Virus record (IMG/VR): IMGVR_UViG_3300049595_003752
Location: 12,163 to 76,162 of that record
From: a virus
Lineage: Duplodnaviria > Heunggongvirae > Uroviricota > Caudoviricetes
Reading direction: 5' to 3' (one strand)
DNA: 64,000 bases
The position numbers and the translations under genes were made by a program. Below are positions 27,512 through 36,381 of the stretch, one piece after another (the stretch's first letter is position 1; the number at the start of each line of letters is the position of its first letter). The notes under the pieces were generated by a model. It ran no database searches, was not told where the DNA came from, and worked only from the letters and a program-made list of their open reading frames with translations.

Positions 27512-27706
27512 ATGGAAATTACAAAAGAAATGATTGAAAAGGAACTTGGATATGAGATTAATAAATTCAAGTTAGAACCACTTTATAAAGATGGTGAATG
27601 TATTGGATTAAATGTTAAAGTTGAACCGAAGAAGAAACTTGAATTTATTAATACTACGATAACTATTGGTAAAACAAGTGATTTTAATACCGATGAAAAA
27701 GAATAA
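27512..27706 (+). CDS. Small hypothetical protein
   Basis: 64 aa ORF downstream of cassette copy 1. Confidence 0.4.
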   Translation: MEITKEMIEKELGYEINKFKLEPLYKDGECIGLNVKVEPKKKLEFINTTITIGKTSDFNTDEKE

Positions 27707-27726
27707 TTTTTTATTGTGTTATAACG

Positions 27727-27766
27727 TCTGATGATAAACAATCGTTTTAATGTTGTTTATCATTTG
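27727..27766 (+). repeat. 40-bp intergenic cassette, degenerate copy
   Basis: AACAATCGTTTTAATGTTGTTTATCATTTGTTATAAGTATG. Confidence 0.5.
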
Positions 27767-27804
27767 TTATAAGTATGTAAAAAATAATAATAATAACTAA
27801 TAAT

Positions 27805-27951
27805 ATGAAAACGAATAAAATTAAACGAAAAATGAATGAGAATTATATTCTGATGAAAAATTTATTTCTTTCATTTCAGGATGTTAAAAAATTGAAAAAC
27901 TACGAAAAGAGAACTATGTTGGACTTATTACATAGTATGGGAAAGAAATAA
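27805..27951 (+). CDS. Small basic hypothetical protein (48 aa)
   Basis: MKTNKIKRKMNENYILMKNLFLSF... Confidence 0.3.
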   Translation: MKTNKIKRKMNENYILMKNLFLSFQDVKKLKNYEKRTMLDLLHSMGKK

Positions 27952-28134
27952 ATTTTATTATTTTTTATTACTTATAACGGTTTGCGGCTTTGCGTTCGGT
28001 TTTTGGCTTACCGAATGTTTCAAGTTTACTACAATGCTAAATAGCCAAAAACTGACGACAAAGGTGCTGTTATAACTAGTAGGGATTATTTAGTATAATG
28101 TTAATACGAAGAACTAAAGAAAAAAAAAGAAAAA

Positions 28135-28821
28135 ATGCGAAGCGAGGAGCTTAATTGTGGTGAAATAGTAAAATCAATTATTTCATTCATTCGTGATACG
28201 AGAAACAAATACAATATACCAAAAGATAAACTTGTATTGTATATTGATATGTGGAGCAAAGAAGTTGAAATGATGGATATTCAACTTATTGGATGGGAAG
28301 GAGCAATATCAAAATACAATATGGGTAATTTGGAGAAAATAGAATATTCACTGTATGAATTATTTGAAAACGACATTTATTTTGAAGCTACCAATATAGA
28401 TGGGTATAATATTTATTTGGCATTACCAACAATACAAAAGGAAACACAAATGAATGACTTTACCAATGAAATAAATAGATTGGAAAGCCAAAAAATAAAA
28501 TATCAAAATAAATTATCGGATGAAAAATTTACATTAAAAGCACCAAAAGATATTGTTGATGTAGAGCGAAAGAAATTAACGGATGCAGAAGGCAGAATAC
28601 AAAACCTAAAAGCAAATATGCTGATGCTTACTTGCGGAAAAGAATATTACGATTTACTGATAAAACTTGGCGATAATGAAAAGATAAATTGGAATATACA
28701 ATACCAAAGAGAGCAAGGTTCAGAAAATGAACAATACGAACAGAGGTGGTTTGATGAAATTTATAACCCACAAATAAATAATTATGAAATTAAGACATTA
28801 CATTCTAAAATTTGTGCGTAG
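28135..28821 (+). CDS. Hypothetical protein
   Basis: 228 aa ORF. Confidence 0.5.
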   Translation: MRSEELNCGEIVKSIISFIRDTRNKYNIPKDKLVLYIDMWSKEVEMMDIQLIGWEGAISKYNMGNLEKIEYSLYELFENDIYFEATNIDGYNIYLALPTIQKETQMNDFTNEINRLESQKIKYQNKLSDEKFTLKAPKDIVDVERKKLTDAEGRIQNLKANMLMLTCGKEYYDLLIKLGDNEKINWNIQYQREQGSENEQYEQRWFDEIYNPQINNYEIKTLHSKICA

Positions 28822-28893
28822 GGGCATTTTTTCTTTTTTACTTCCACAAAAGTTAAATTGGAGAACGAATGTAGTGCTTGCGTATAACGGTTG

Positions 28894-28965
28894 GGTATAT
28901 GTGAAGTACCTTACCACAAAACTTTAAAAATTAGTAGAAACTTTATGAGGTATTTCACATATACC
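28894..28965. repeat. 17-bp inverted repeat (16/17 matches) with a 38-nt spacer
   Basis: GGTATATGTGAAGTACC ... GGTATTTCACATATACC, just upstream of the gene at 28986. Confidence 0.55.
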
Positions 28966-28985
28966 TTGTTATAAAACGTTTTAAT

Positions 28986-29180
28986 ATGGAAAAATTAACA
29001 AAAGAACAAGAAGAAAGAGTTGAAAAATTCTGGGATAAAGCTAAATTAAATGATTTAGTTACATCAAATGCACCACCTTATTTAGTAGAACATCATTTGT
29101 TTTCAACTCTTTCTTTGGAAGATGAAACAGAATTTTTGGTAAAATCAAAGGAACTTGGTGTGTTGAAAAATGTTTTATAA
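28986..29180 (+). CDS. Small hypothetical protein
   Basis: 64 aa ORF. Confidence 0.4.
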   Translation: MEKLTKEQEERVEKFWDKAKLNDLVTSNAPPYLVEHHLFSTLSLEDETEFLVKSKELGVLKNVL

Positions 29181-29235
29181 CGGTTACAGATATATGTAGT
29201 TTTTTTCTTAAATTGAAACACAAAACTTAAATAAT

Positions 29236-29457
29236 ATGAACAAAGATAATAAGAACACGGAAGTTGATAACACAGATAAAAAATTACATATATCTGATGT
29301 TATAACTCGTTTTGGATTACCAGATGAAACGGAGGAAAAAGTATTAAGGTTTTTACACCTCAAAGGTATGATTAAAACAAAAACCTATATATTCTCTAAT
29401 TTTGATGATGTTTATCGTGAAATGTCTGAACTAAGAGAATGGTTGGGTCGTTTATAA
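29236..29457 (+). CDS. Small hypothetical protein
   Basis: 73 aa ORF. Confidence 0.4.
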   Translation: MNKDNKNTEVDNTDKKLHISDVITRFGLPDETEEKVLRFLHLKGMIKTKTYIFSNFDDVYREMSELREWLGRL

Positions 29458-29620
29458 AATGAGTTATAACGGTTGCAAATATATTGTCGTTTTAATGCAA
29501 TGAGCCAAAGTTGTTTCAACAATTATTAAACCCTACAAATCATATTGATAACTTGAAACAAAGAATAATAGAATTAAAGAATAATGATATTGAAGGTGTG
29601 TTCTCAAGCGATTTGTGTAA

Positions 29621-29660
29621 AAAATCGTTTTAATGTTTTTTACACTTTGTTATAAGTATG
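29621..29660 (+). repeat. 40-bp intergenic cassette, copy 2
   Basis: AAAATCGTTTTAATGTTTTTTACACTTTGTTATAAGTATG. Confidence 0.6.
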
Positions 29661-29695
29661 TATTTTAAAATATTAACAAATAAAAAAGAAAGTTT

Positions 29696-29914
29696 ATGGG
29701 ATTAGAAAAATGTCCAAAATGTGGGAAAGAAAGTTTAATTAAAACACCACACAGTAGAATTATGACAGAAAAATTAGGTTGTATGTTACACACAGCAGAT
29801 GAACATTCATTTGATTGTTTAGATAAACAATGTGGGTATAATTCTGGTATAATTCGGATTAAAACAGAGATGGGTAATAAACTTTCTTTACCTTGGTATA
29901 AACGAATATTTTAA
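29696..29914 (+). CDS. Zinc-ribbon hypothetical protein
   Basis: CPKCGKES...CLDKQCGYN. Confidence 0.4.
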   Translation: MGLEKCPKCGKESLIKTPHSRIMTEKLGCMLHTADEHSFDCLDKQCGYNSGIIRIKTEMGNKLSLPWYKRIF

Positions 29915-30020
29915 AATATTACTTATAACGATGAAATATCAACAAAGTCAAAACAATTTTTTAATTAAACATAACGGTTGGGATAATAAAACTATATATA
30001 ATGTTTAGATAATAACACAA

Positions 30021-30362
30021 ATGAAAGAATCCAAGGACATACAATTCAATACAACAACAAAAGCCTTAATAAAGCTACTCAAGTATATTGATAGTATAAG
30101 AGTAGATAGCAATGGTATACAATTAAACAAACAAGACAATGAAAACAAAAGAAGAAATACACAGAGGAAAATGCGAGAAGAAAGAGACACAGATAAAAGT
30201 AGAATATACATCCTTCAAAATGATTTGGGTGATGGTACCAAAGTGGGTACAACAATAAGAGAAATGTCTGATGGTGGATATGAAACAGAAGATGAACATT
30301 ATACATATTACTGGTGGACAGAAATAGAAAATAATCCAAACTGGAAAAGAATAGACAAATGA
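30021..30362 (+). CDS. Hypothetical protein
   Basis: 113 aa ORF. Confidence 0.45.
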   Translation: MKESKDIQFNTTTKALIKLLKYIDSIRVDSNGIQLNKQDNENKRRNTQRKMREERDTDKSRIYILQNDLGDGTKVGTTIREMSDGGYETEDEHYTYYWWTEIENNPNWKRIDK

Positions 30363-30565
30363 ATAAATACGAAAAAGGATTTAAAAGATATAGAAGATTC
30401 ATAGAAAGAATGTCAGGATGGGAAACTGTTTATGCAGGATTATCTTATGAAACATTCTGTACCTATGTAGACCTAGGAAAAAATCCTTATGTAAAGTATG
30501 TAATCATGGGTGAGAATGATTCTATGTTTATAGACAACTATATAAGAAAACATAAGATGATATGA
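30359..30565 (+). CDS. Small hypothetical protein
   Basis: 68 aa ORF. Confidence 0.4.
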   Translation: MNKYEKGFKRYRRFIERMSGWETVYAGLSYETFCTYVDLGKNPYVKYVIMGENDSMFIDNYIRKHKMI

Positions 30566-30591
30566 AACCCTGAGTAACATCAGGGTTTTTT
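30565..30591 (+). terminator. Intrinsic terminator, copy 2 of the duplicated cassette
   Basis: AAACCCTGA-gtaaca-TCAGGGTTT followed by TTT; followed by TATATTTGTAGTATGATAT as at 22524. Confidence 0.65.
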
Positions 30592-30625
30592 ATGCCATAT
30601 AAAATTAAATTATTATATTTGTAGT

Positions 30626-30814
30626 ATGATATTCAGAAAAGGAGACATATACAAAAATACCCATAGTGAGGGTCTTGTTTATATAACAGAAGTAAACAAT
30701 AACAAATATAAATTGGAATGGACAAACACTGATGGAACAAAGGTAGAGAAATGGTATATACATGAATTCTTATCCATGTGCGTTAATAAAGGCTTTATGA
30801 AATTAGTATCTTAA
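30626..30814 (+). CDS. Small hypothetical protein, paralog of 32419..32730
   Basis: MIFRKGDIYKN versus (M)LIKKGDIYRN. Confidence 0.45.
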   Translation: MIFRKGDIYKNTHSEGLVYITEVNNNKYKLEWTNTDGTKVEKWYIHEFLSMCVNKGFMKLVS

Positions 30815-30849
30815 CTCTACTTTAATAGTTAATCAGGTTTATTTGATTA

Positions 30850-31500
30850 TATACGATAAACTATCGTTTATTGTCACCTTAATTAACTAAATGTGTGGAA
30901 GTCATCGATCCGTACAATAGGCAACGCCCGCTGCCAAAGCCAGTAAAAATCTCGATCCTACTATAGTTGCATAGGCAAAATAGGCAAGGGTGTGGTAAAT
31001 AGTGGTAGAAAGTGGTAACATGTGTTACAAAAGTGGTGGGCAATACAAAAGGGAACTGACCCCTTCGCGAGCCTTCCCCTAAATTTCCTGACAAAATAAC
31101 AATGATCCGTGGACTGACAGTATGACAGGCCGAGAAAAACCAGTGTACCATAATCCCACTAAACTGGGATTCTGTTTCAAGAGCCATAACCCAGCTAAAA
31201 TGGGTAGTGACAGACTGTCATGTTAGGAGCGACCATTCAGAGGACAGTTGTCGAAAACCCGTTGCCACCATTTGAAGTTGTAGGGCGGTGACGATAACGA
31301 GCTACGTTATACAATTCCCTGAGAACGAGGTAAAGGTTCACTGTTTGTTTAAGGTACAAACACAACTTATAAAAAACCTCCAACAACCATTACCTTACTA
31401 AGATTAGTTTTTATTAGACAGTGGTACATTCGGTCTCTCGGTTGGGCTACGAGATATTATCATTCCACTGTTACCGTCTTTTAGATCATCAATCTTTGTG
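30850..31500. ncRNA. Candidate structured noncoding RNA or foreign-DNA remnant (GC-enriched, ORF-free)
   Basis: About 45% GC versus about 30% overall; no credible ORF in six frames; many local hairpins (GTAACATGTGTTAC, AATCCCActaaacTGGGATT, GACAGaCTGTC) and ATAGGCAA / AGTGGTA repeats. Confidence 0.3.
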
Positions 31501-31522
31501 TTGATGTCTTTTTCTCTTCAAA

Positions 31523-31699
31523 TTATTTTTTAAACTTATCAATCATTGGTGGAACTTCATATTGTTCCACGTAGACATTGTTGGTACCCAAAGCTTCAGC
31601 TCTTGCGTAAGCGTATAACGCACTTGGACTCCAATATTTTTCACCATCTTTTGTTTTATAAGAGTAGATGGACTCTATGTTATTATCTTTCTCAATCAT
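31523..31699 (-). CDS. Small hypothetical protein (58 aa)
   Basis: MIEKDNNIESIYSYK...; TATATTTG box on the minus strand at 31704..31711. Confidence 0.35.
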   Translation of the reverse strand: MIEKDNNIESIYSYKTKDGEKYWSPSALYAYARAEALGTNNVYVEQYEVPPMIDKFKK

Positions 31700-31735
31700 A
31701 GTACAAATATACTGTTTTTTATTTTATGAATCAAA

Positions 31736-32239
31736 TTAATTTTGAATTAATCTATAAGTTTTAATTAAGCTAAAATCAACCAAGGTTACTGATTCAACTT
31801 TAATACCCCAGTCTTCAACCATTACTTTTGATTTTTCTGTAATTAATGTATCTAACTTTGTGGCATCACCCCATGTAAAATCTTCTATTACATTTTTAAT
31901 TACGCCTTGTACAGTATCAACCAATACATCTCTTGCACTATTAACCGAAATTAAATATTTCTTTGGGTCCTCAATCTTATAACGGATAATGCCCTTTAAT
32001 ACAATATTCTTGTTATCCTTGGTGGTTAAAGTTTGTGATAATAAATCAACCGTTTGTGGCACGGTATGAACAACCCAAAACTGATCAATAAATGGGATTT
32101 TAAAATTTAATCCAGGTTGGGTGGATTTTAAAAACTTGCCAGCTCTCATATGAATGCCACCTTCCCATTCATTAATAATTCTAACGGGTATTACCTCGTC
32201 TTTTAAATTTAAAACAAAATCAATTAACTTATCAAACAT
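31736..32239 (-). CDS. Hypothetical protein
   Basis: 167 aa ORF; TATATTTG box on the minus strand at 32244..32251. Confidence 0.55.
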   Translation of the reverse strand: MFDKLIDFVLNLKDEVIPVRIINEWEGGIHMRAGKFLKSTQPGLNFKIPFIDQFWVVHTVPQTVDLLSQTLTTKDNKNIVLKGIIRYKIEDPKKYLISVNSARDVLVDTVQGVIKNVIEDFTWGDATKLDTLITEKSKVMVEDWGIKVESVTLVDFSLIKTYRLIQN

Positions 32240-32418
32240 GGTACAAATATACAGTATATTAATTTATTGGCCAAATAAATCTTATATGACAATGTGTCAT
32301 ATAAAAAAAATATAAGGCACGGTTGGCGCTGGATTCGCTCCTGTTGTCTTTGGCCTTTGACAATACAAATATAAAAAAATTTTTTGACATGGTAAAATAA
32401 TTTAAGTATTATTATGCT

Positions 32419-32730
32419 GTGTTAATTAAAAAAGGCGACATATATAGAAATCGAGAAACCAATATCGCATGCTTTATCCGACAGGTAAAGAATGATTCAT
32501 GCCAAGTGGTATGGTCTTTTAAATCTGAACGAGGCGTTGGACATTGGGGTCGACCATTACAAGAAGTAATAGAAGGCCCTGATGGTTATATGGAATATAG
32601 ATGTATAAAGAAACATTCTGAAGTATTAAACGAAATGAGTATGGGCTACCTTAATACAGAATCATATGGTTACGAAGATACCTTTATACTCAACTGGATT
32701 CCCCAACATACTTTTATTGCCGCTATATAA
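32419..32730 (+). CDS. Hypothetical protein (GTG start), paralog of 30626..30814
   Basis: N-terminal KGDIYRN motif. Confidence 0.45.
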   Translation: MLIKKGDIYRNRETNIACFIRQVKNDSCQVVWSFKSERGVGHWGRPLQEVIEGPDGYMEYRCIKKHSEVLNEMSMGYLNTESYGYEDTFILNWIPQHTFIAAI

Positions 32731-32750
32731 ATTATCCTTATCTTTGTTAT

Positions 32751-33200
32751 ATGATAGGATATTGGAAAAACGGTCACAGACCCATTACAACAACAGGGAA
32801 TAACTTTATGGAGAACTTTGTTTTCCTAACTCCCAACTTTGGCATATTAATGTTTGTATTATTGATAGGCATACCAATTGCCTTTATCTACAACATAGTT
32901 AGCCCAACCAATACATATAAGTTTGAAGATTACCATAACTACTTAAAGATTACATATCAAACAAGTGGTGATGAGGTAACAGGCACAATAGAAAAAATAT
33001 GGGATGATAATGATAACAACTATCATGTTGATACCAAGTTTAAGGGCAAGATAAATGGGAATACCCTAACCGTTGAATTGGAAAGCCCTTCAGTTAGAAA
33101 AGATGTTGGTGGACCTGTATGGGATTTAAATAAGATGGTTACATTAACAGTTAACAATAATAAGATTTACTTTGATGGTATTGAGGCAGAAAAGATTTGA
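32751..33200 (+). CDS. Membrane-anchored hypothetical protein
   Basis: TM segment FGILMFVLLIGIPIAFIYNIV; TATCTTTG box at 32739. Confidence 0.5.
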   Translation: MIGYWKNGHRPITTTGNNFMENFVFLTPNFGILMFVLLIGIPIAFIYNIVSPTNTYKFEDYHNYLKITYQTSGDEVTGTIEKIWDDNDNNYHVDTKFKGKINGNTLTVELESPSVRKDVGGPVWDLNKMVTLTVNNNKIYFDGIEAEKI

Positions 33201-33297
33201 TAGTCTCAAGTATTATAACTATATTTGTATATGAGTAAGAAGAAACATAAAGGCAAGAAGAAGATATTCATTTGGGCCGAATAATATATAAAAGAAT

Positions 33298-33384
33298 ATG
33301 AACGTAGAAATAATATTAGCAATAAGCGTACCGATAGTTTTGTTCGGTGTGGGCATAGTAGTTAAGTTAAGGGATAAAAAGTAA
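33298..33384 (+). CDS. Tiny TM peptide (28 aa)
   Basis: MNVEIILAISVPIVLFGVGIVVKLRDKK. Confidence 0.25.
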   Translation: MNVEIILAISVPIVLFGVGIVVKLRDKK

Positions 33385-33545
33385 ACCTGACATATTGACA
33401 GGGTGGGCTAGACCCCATGGCCACCCCGCTGGGGTATGGCCCCCAGCTACCCTGCCGGTATCCCCCCTCCCCTAGGGAGAGCCCCCAGGGCCACAAAGGG
33501 GGGCTCGGTTCCGTTTTCAGATCTCGGGGTTGCCAATAAAAATTT
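33385..33545. other. GC-rich island (about 65% GC) in the intergenic region; possible structured RNA, recombination site or foreign fragment
   Basis: GGGTGGGCTAGACCCCATGGCCACCCCGCTGGGGTATGGCCCCCAGC...; hairpins GCTGGGG/CCCCAGC and CCCTAGGG; the only ORF here is a Pro/Gly-rich artefact. Confidence 0.35.
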
Positions 33546-33546
33546 T

Positions 33547-33630
33547 CCGGGAAAAATTCTCCCTAAAAATCGAGCGTATCCCCCATGTAATTCTAAAACC
33601 CCAGAAAAAATTTCCGGAAAAATTTGTCTA
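33547..33630. promoter_or_regulatory. Two palindromic candidate operator sites, TTTTCCGGGAAAA and TTTCCGGAAA, about 66 bp apart, upstream of the gene at 33659
   Basis: AAAAATTTTCCGGGAAAAATT and AAAAAATTTCCGGAAAAATTT, each a near-perfect palindrome. Confidence 0.4.
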
Positions 33631-33658
33631 TAAATTTCCTCTTATGTATATTTGTCTT

Positions 33659-34219
33659 ATGGAACATAAAATTATAAACACAGGAGATTATTTGCTAATA
33701 GTAGATGAAGATGTATATTCTATCAAAAATGGTGACTATTGTTATGACCTAGTAACTAAATCTATAAGACAATGGATTTCTGAAGATAGAGCCTTTATAG
33801 AGTTAAGAAAAATCATATCTCATTTACCACTCAACAACTCACCAATACTTAAAGGTGTAGATTTATTACCACCACTTGAAGATGATATTATAGGAAAACC
33901 TTTAGATAACTATATAAGAGAAAGGCATAATCAAGATGAGTGTGTTGGTTTTATAGATGGCTACAACAAAGCCAAAGAGAAATATAAGTACACAGAGGAG
34001 GATGTTATGAAAGCATATGATTTTGGTAGTAATGCTTTATTGGGTGTATCTAAAAATAGTCTTATCCAATCCCTCCAACAACCAAAGATGCCTGTTGGGT
34101 TTAAGTGTAAAACAGATTGTTGTTATAGGTGTATTGAGGGATTAGATGAATGTAATCCAAATTTATTAACAACCAACTCACAAGGTTTTACTCAATGGGT
34201 AGGAGAATGGATTTATTAA
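33659..34219 (+). CDS. Hypothetical protein; start placed after the -7 box
   Basis: TATATTTGTCTTATG context identical to 35856; the ORF-track start at 33530 lies inside the GC island. Confidence 0.5.
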   Translation: MEHKIINTGDYLLIVDEDVYSIKNGDYCYDLVTKSIRQWISEDRAFIELRKIISHLPLNNSPILKGVDLLPPLEDDIIGKPLDNYIRERHNQDECVGFIDGYNKAKEKYKYTEEDVMKAYDFGSNALLGVSKNSLIQSLQQPKMPVGFKCKTDCCYRCIEGLDECNPNLLTTNSQGFTQWVGEWIY

Positions 34220-34620
34220 ACAAAACTAATATGAAAAATGAATTTGTAATATACGAACAAGCATTAGCTTTAAAAGAATTAGGATTTGATGAACCTTGTT
34301 TAGCATTTTATTCTCCTAAAGAAGAATTATATCCTGTATTTCAAGAACCATCAAAAGGACCTTATTTCAATAATGGAAATTTTATAGAAACTTTAAGAGC
34401 ACCACTTTACCAACAAGCATTTAGATGGTTTAGAGAGAAACACAATCTAGTATTCAACTTTATAAGTTATAATATTGTAAAACCTGGAGAATATCATTGG
34501 TCTATAACATGGAATGATGAAGCTAAAGCATCAGGTATAGTTAAAACATATGAAGAAGCAGAACAAGCTTGTTTATCTAAACTTATAGAAATAGTAAATG
34601 ACAAACGAAGAAATTCATAA
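34195..34620 (+). CDS. Hypothetical protein
   Basis: 141 aa ORF. Confidence 0.45.
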   Translation: MGRRMDLLNKTNMKNEFVIYEQALALKELGFDEPCLAFYSPKEELYPVFQEPSKGPYFNNGNFIETLRAPLYQQAFRWFREKHNLVFNFISYNIVKPGEYHWSITWNDEAKASGIVKTYEEAEQACLSKLIEIVNDKRRNS

Positions 34621-34918
34621 TATTGAAGTTGGTGATAAGCTTTATGTTGACCATAAGATTCATAAAAGAATTTTTAATGGTGATTGGTTTATTGTCTATA
34701 AGCCTGATAAATTCTATACCGTTTTTGAAATTGATAAAACAAAAGATTATATTAAATTAACCACTGCTTCTGAATTGAGTTTGAATAAGCTTGTTGTTTA
34801 TAAATCTTCTAATGTTAAAATTCCCATTTCCATTCCCACTCTTTATATGCAACATTTTAAATTGCTTAAGAAAAAAGATTATGAATTTATTAATATCGAT
34901 TATTTTGCTCAGATATAG
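34598..34918 (+). CDS. Hypothetical protein
   Basis: 106 aa ORF. Confidence 0.45.
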   Translation: MTNEEIHNIEVGDKLYVDHKIHKRIFNGDWFIVYKPDKFYTVFEIDKTKDYIKLTTASELSLNKLVVYKSSNVKIPISIPTLYMQHFKLLKKKDYEFINIDYFAQI

Positions 34919-34946
34919 ATATTTATCTATATAAAAGAAACTTAAT

Positions 34947-35273
34947 ATGGAAAAAAATATAAAAATAGTTAGGCTAACTGAAAACGATTTGGAGCGTATG
35001 GTTAAAAAAATTATAAAAGAAGATTCAGTTGAGCTTACCACTGTTAGGCTAATTGATGATACTTATGATTTACTAACAACTTTGGGTTATGAATATGTTG
35101 AAGATTTATATATTCAGGATTTGTATGAGGCCGCAGAAGTATTGGAGGATGAATTATATGATGGTGATCATGGTCCTAATATGAATAAAGAAATTGAAGA
35201 TTTGTTAACAAACATTTATGAAATAATTGGTTATCCTGATGAGGCCGAAGATTGGGATGAATCTGAATATTAA
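34947..35273 (+). CDS. Acidic hypothetical protein
   Basis: 108 aa ORF. Confidence 0.45.
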   Translation: MEKNIKIVRLTENDLERMVKKIIKEDSVELTTVRLIDDTYDLLTTLGYEYVEDLYIQDLYEAAEVLEDELYDGDHGPNMNKEIEDLLTNIYEIIGYPDEAEDWDESEY

Positions 35274-35274
35274 C

Positions 35275-35709
35275 ATGAGAAAAAGAGATAAACTAAAAGC
35301 CATTAATGAGGCCAACCAAAGATTGGAGGAAAAGTGGTATCATACTTTGGCTACAACCGCTGCTTTACTTGCCTCTAGTCAGGGAGAATTAAAAGCACAA
35401 AATCAGCAAGATTATAAAAGTCATGAAATTGAACAAGTAACTGAAACTAAAGCTCAAAAGGAAATTAAAGCAATGATGGTCATTGGTCAGGATAATACAA
35501 TTCCTTCTGTATATGTTGTTGGTAAATCACCAGATATTGCAACGGCAAAAAAAATAGCCTTAATGAATGCCAAACAAGAACTTATTAAGAAATATAAAGA
35601 AAACAAAGATATCTTTAAAAATCTTGGTATGTCAGATATGGGTATTAAAGCCGAGGTTATAAATAAAACCGAAGATGGAATTGAATATCATATCTTATTT
35701 GGCAAGTAA
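35275..35709 (+). CDS. Hypothetical protein
   Basis: MRKRDKLKAINEANQRLEEKWY...; the ATG directly follows the upstream stop. Confidence 0.45.
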   Translation: MRKRDKLKAINEANQRLEEKWYHTLATTAALLASSQGELKAQNQQDYKSHEIEQVTETKAQKEIKAMMVIGQDNTIPSVYVVGKSPDIATAKKIALMNAKQELIKKYKENKDIFKNLGMSDMGIKAEVINKTEDGIEYHILFGK

Positions 35710-35728
35710 AAAATTTTTATAATTAATT

Positions 35729-35760
35729 AATCCCATGGGCATTCTCTGTGGGATTTTTTG
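35729..35760 (+). terminator. Intrinsic terminator
   Basis: AATCCCA-loop-TGGGATT followed by TTTTT. Confidence 0.6.
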
Positions 35761-35867
35761 TTTTATCTAATATGTGGAAATGGTTTTTGATGTCCGGAAT
35801 CCGTCTTTTATCCCCCTACCCCCTTTTTTTATTTGGTCATTTAATTTATTCTTCTTATATTTGTCTT

Positions 35868-36104
35868 ATGAAAACATTTGTTAAAATTTTATTGTTCGTT
35901 TCTTTTATTATGTCATTTATTTTTGTGGGTGGTGTGGTTGTGGATGGTCTGATGGCTTTGTTTCCCGTTTCTGCTAGTGAATGGTTTCCCGTTATCAGAT
36001 TTATCTTGTGGATATTTACCTTTACCTTTAATTTAATTTTAACTTTTATTTTATATTTTATATTGGTTTATATTATTTCTGTGGTAATGAGTTTGTTGAT
36101 GTAA
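35868..36104 (+). CDS. Polytopic small membrane protein (78 aa)
   Basis: MKTFVKILLFVSFIMSFIFVGGVVV...; the -7 box TATATTTG at 35856 is in the same context as 33647. Confidence 0.45.
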   Translation: MKTFVKILLFVSFIMSFIFVGGVVVDGLMALFPVSASEWFPVIRFILWIFTFTFNLILTFILYFILVYIISVVMSLLM

Positions 36105-36132
36105 AATAAAATTATTATATTTGTATTAATAA

Positions 36133-36381
36133 ATGGAGGTAGGCAGAAAATATAAATTTAAAGATTCGTTAAACTTTGAATCTATTAGAGGTTATGAATT
36201 TATCTTTTTGGGCTTTACCGGCCGACACAATGATACTTGTGTGGCCAATCTTATTATTGGTGGATTACCTAGTCCTGTTTGTAAACATTTTAATACTATT
36301 TCTTGGGATTTATTGGTTGAACCCGATTATGTACCACCCATACAAGGTGAATCAAGATTAATTTTTAGATTTATTCGTTAA
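36133..36381 (+). CDS. Small hypothetical protein
   Basis: TATATTTG box at 36116. Confidence 0.45.
   Translation: MEVGRKYKFKDSLNFESIRGYEFIFLGFTGRHNDTCVANLIIGGLPSPVCKHFNTISWDLLVEPDYVPPIQGESRLIFRFIR

Noticed and set aside
27400-30000. CRISPR array
   Set aside because: The repeated motifs vary in length, are irregularly spaced and are interleaved with protein-coding ORFs. There is no uniform direct repeat-spacer architecture.
30879-31187. 102-aa minus-strand ORF inside the GC-enriched block
   Set aside because: Composition is not protein-like (FSACHTVSPRIIVILSGNLGEGSRRGQ...). There is no start context. It is most likely a chance ORF in noncoding or structured-RNA sequence.
30850-31500. tRNA, tmRNA or RNase P gene in the GC-enriched block
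   Set aside because: No GTTCRANTC T-loop, CCA-adjacent acceptor pairing, tmRNA tag frame, or RNase P P4 consensus found by eye. This needs a covariance-model scan.
33436-33633. 65-aa plus-strand ORF across the GC-rich island
   Set aside because: It is Pro/Gly/Ala-rich only because of GC richness and has no -7 box or start context. The ORF-track start of the next gene (33530) is also inside this region, so the ATG at 33659 is preferred.
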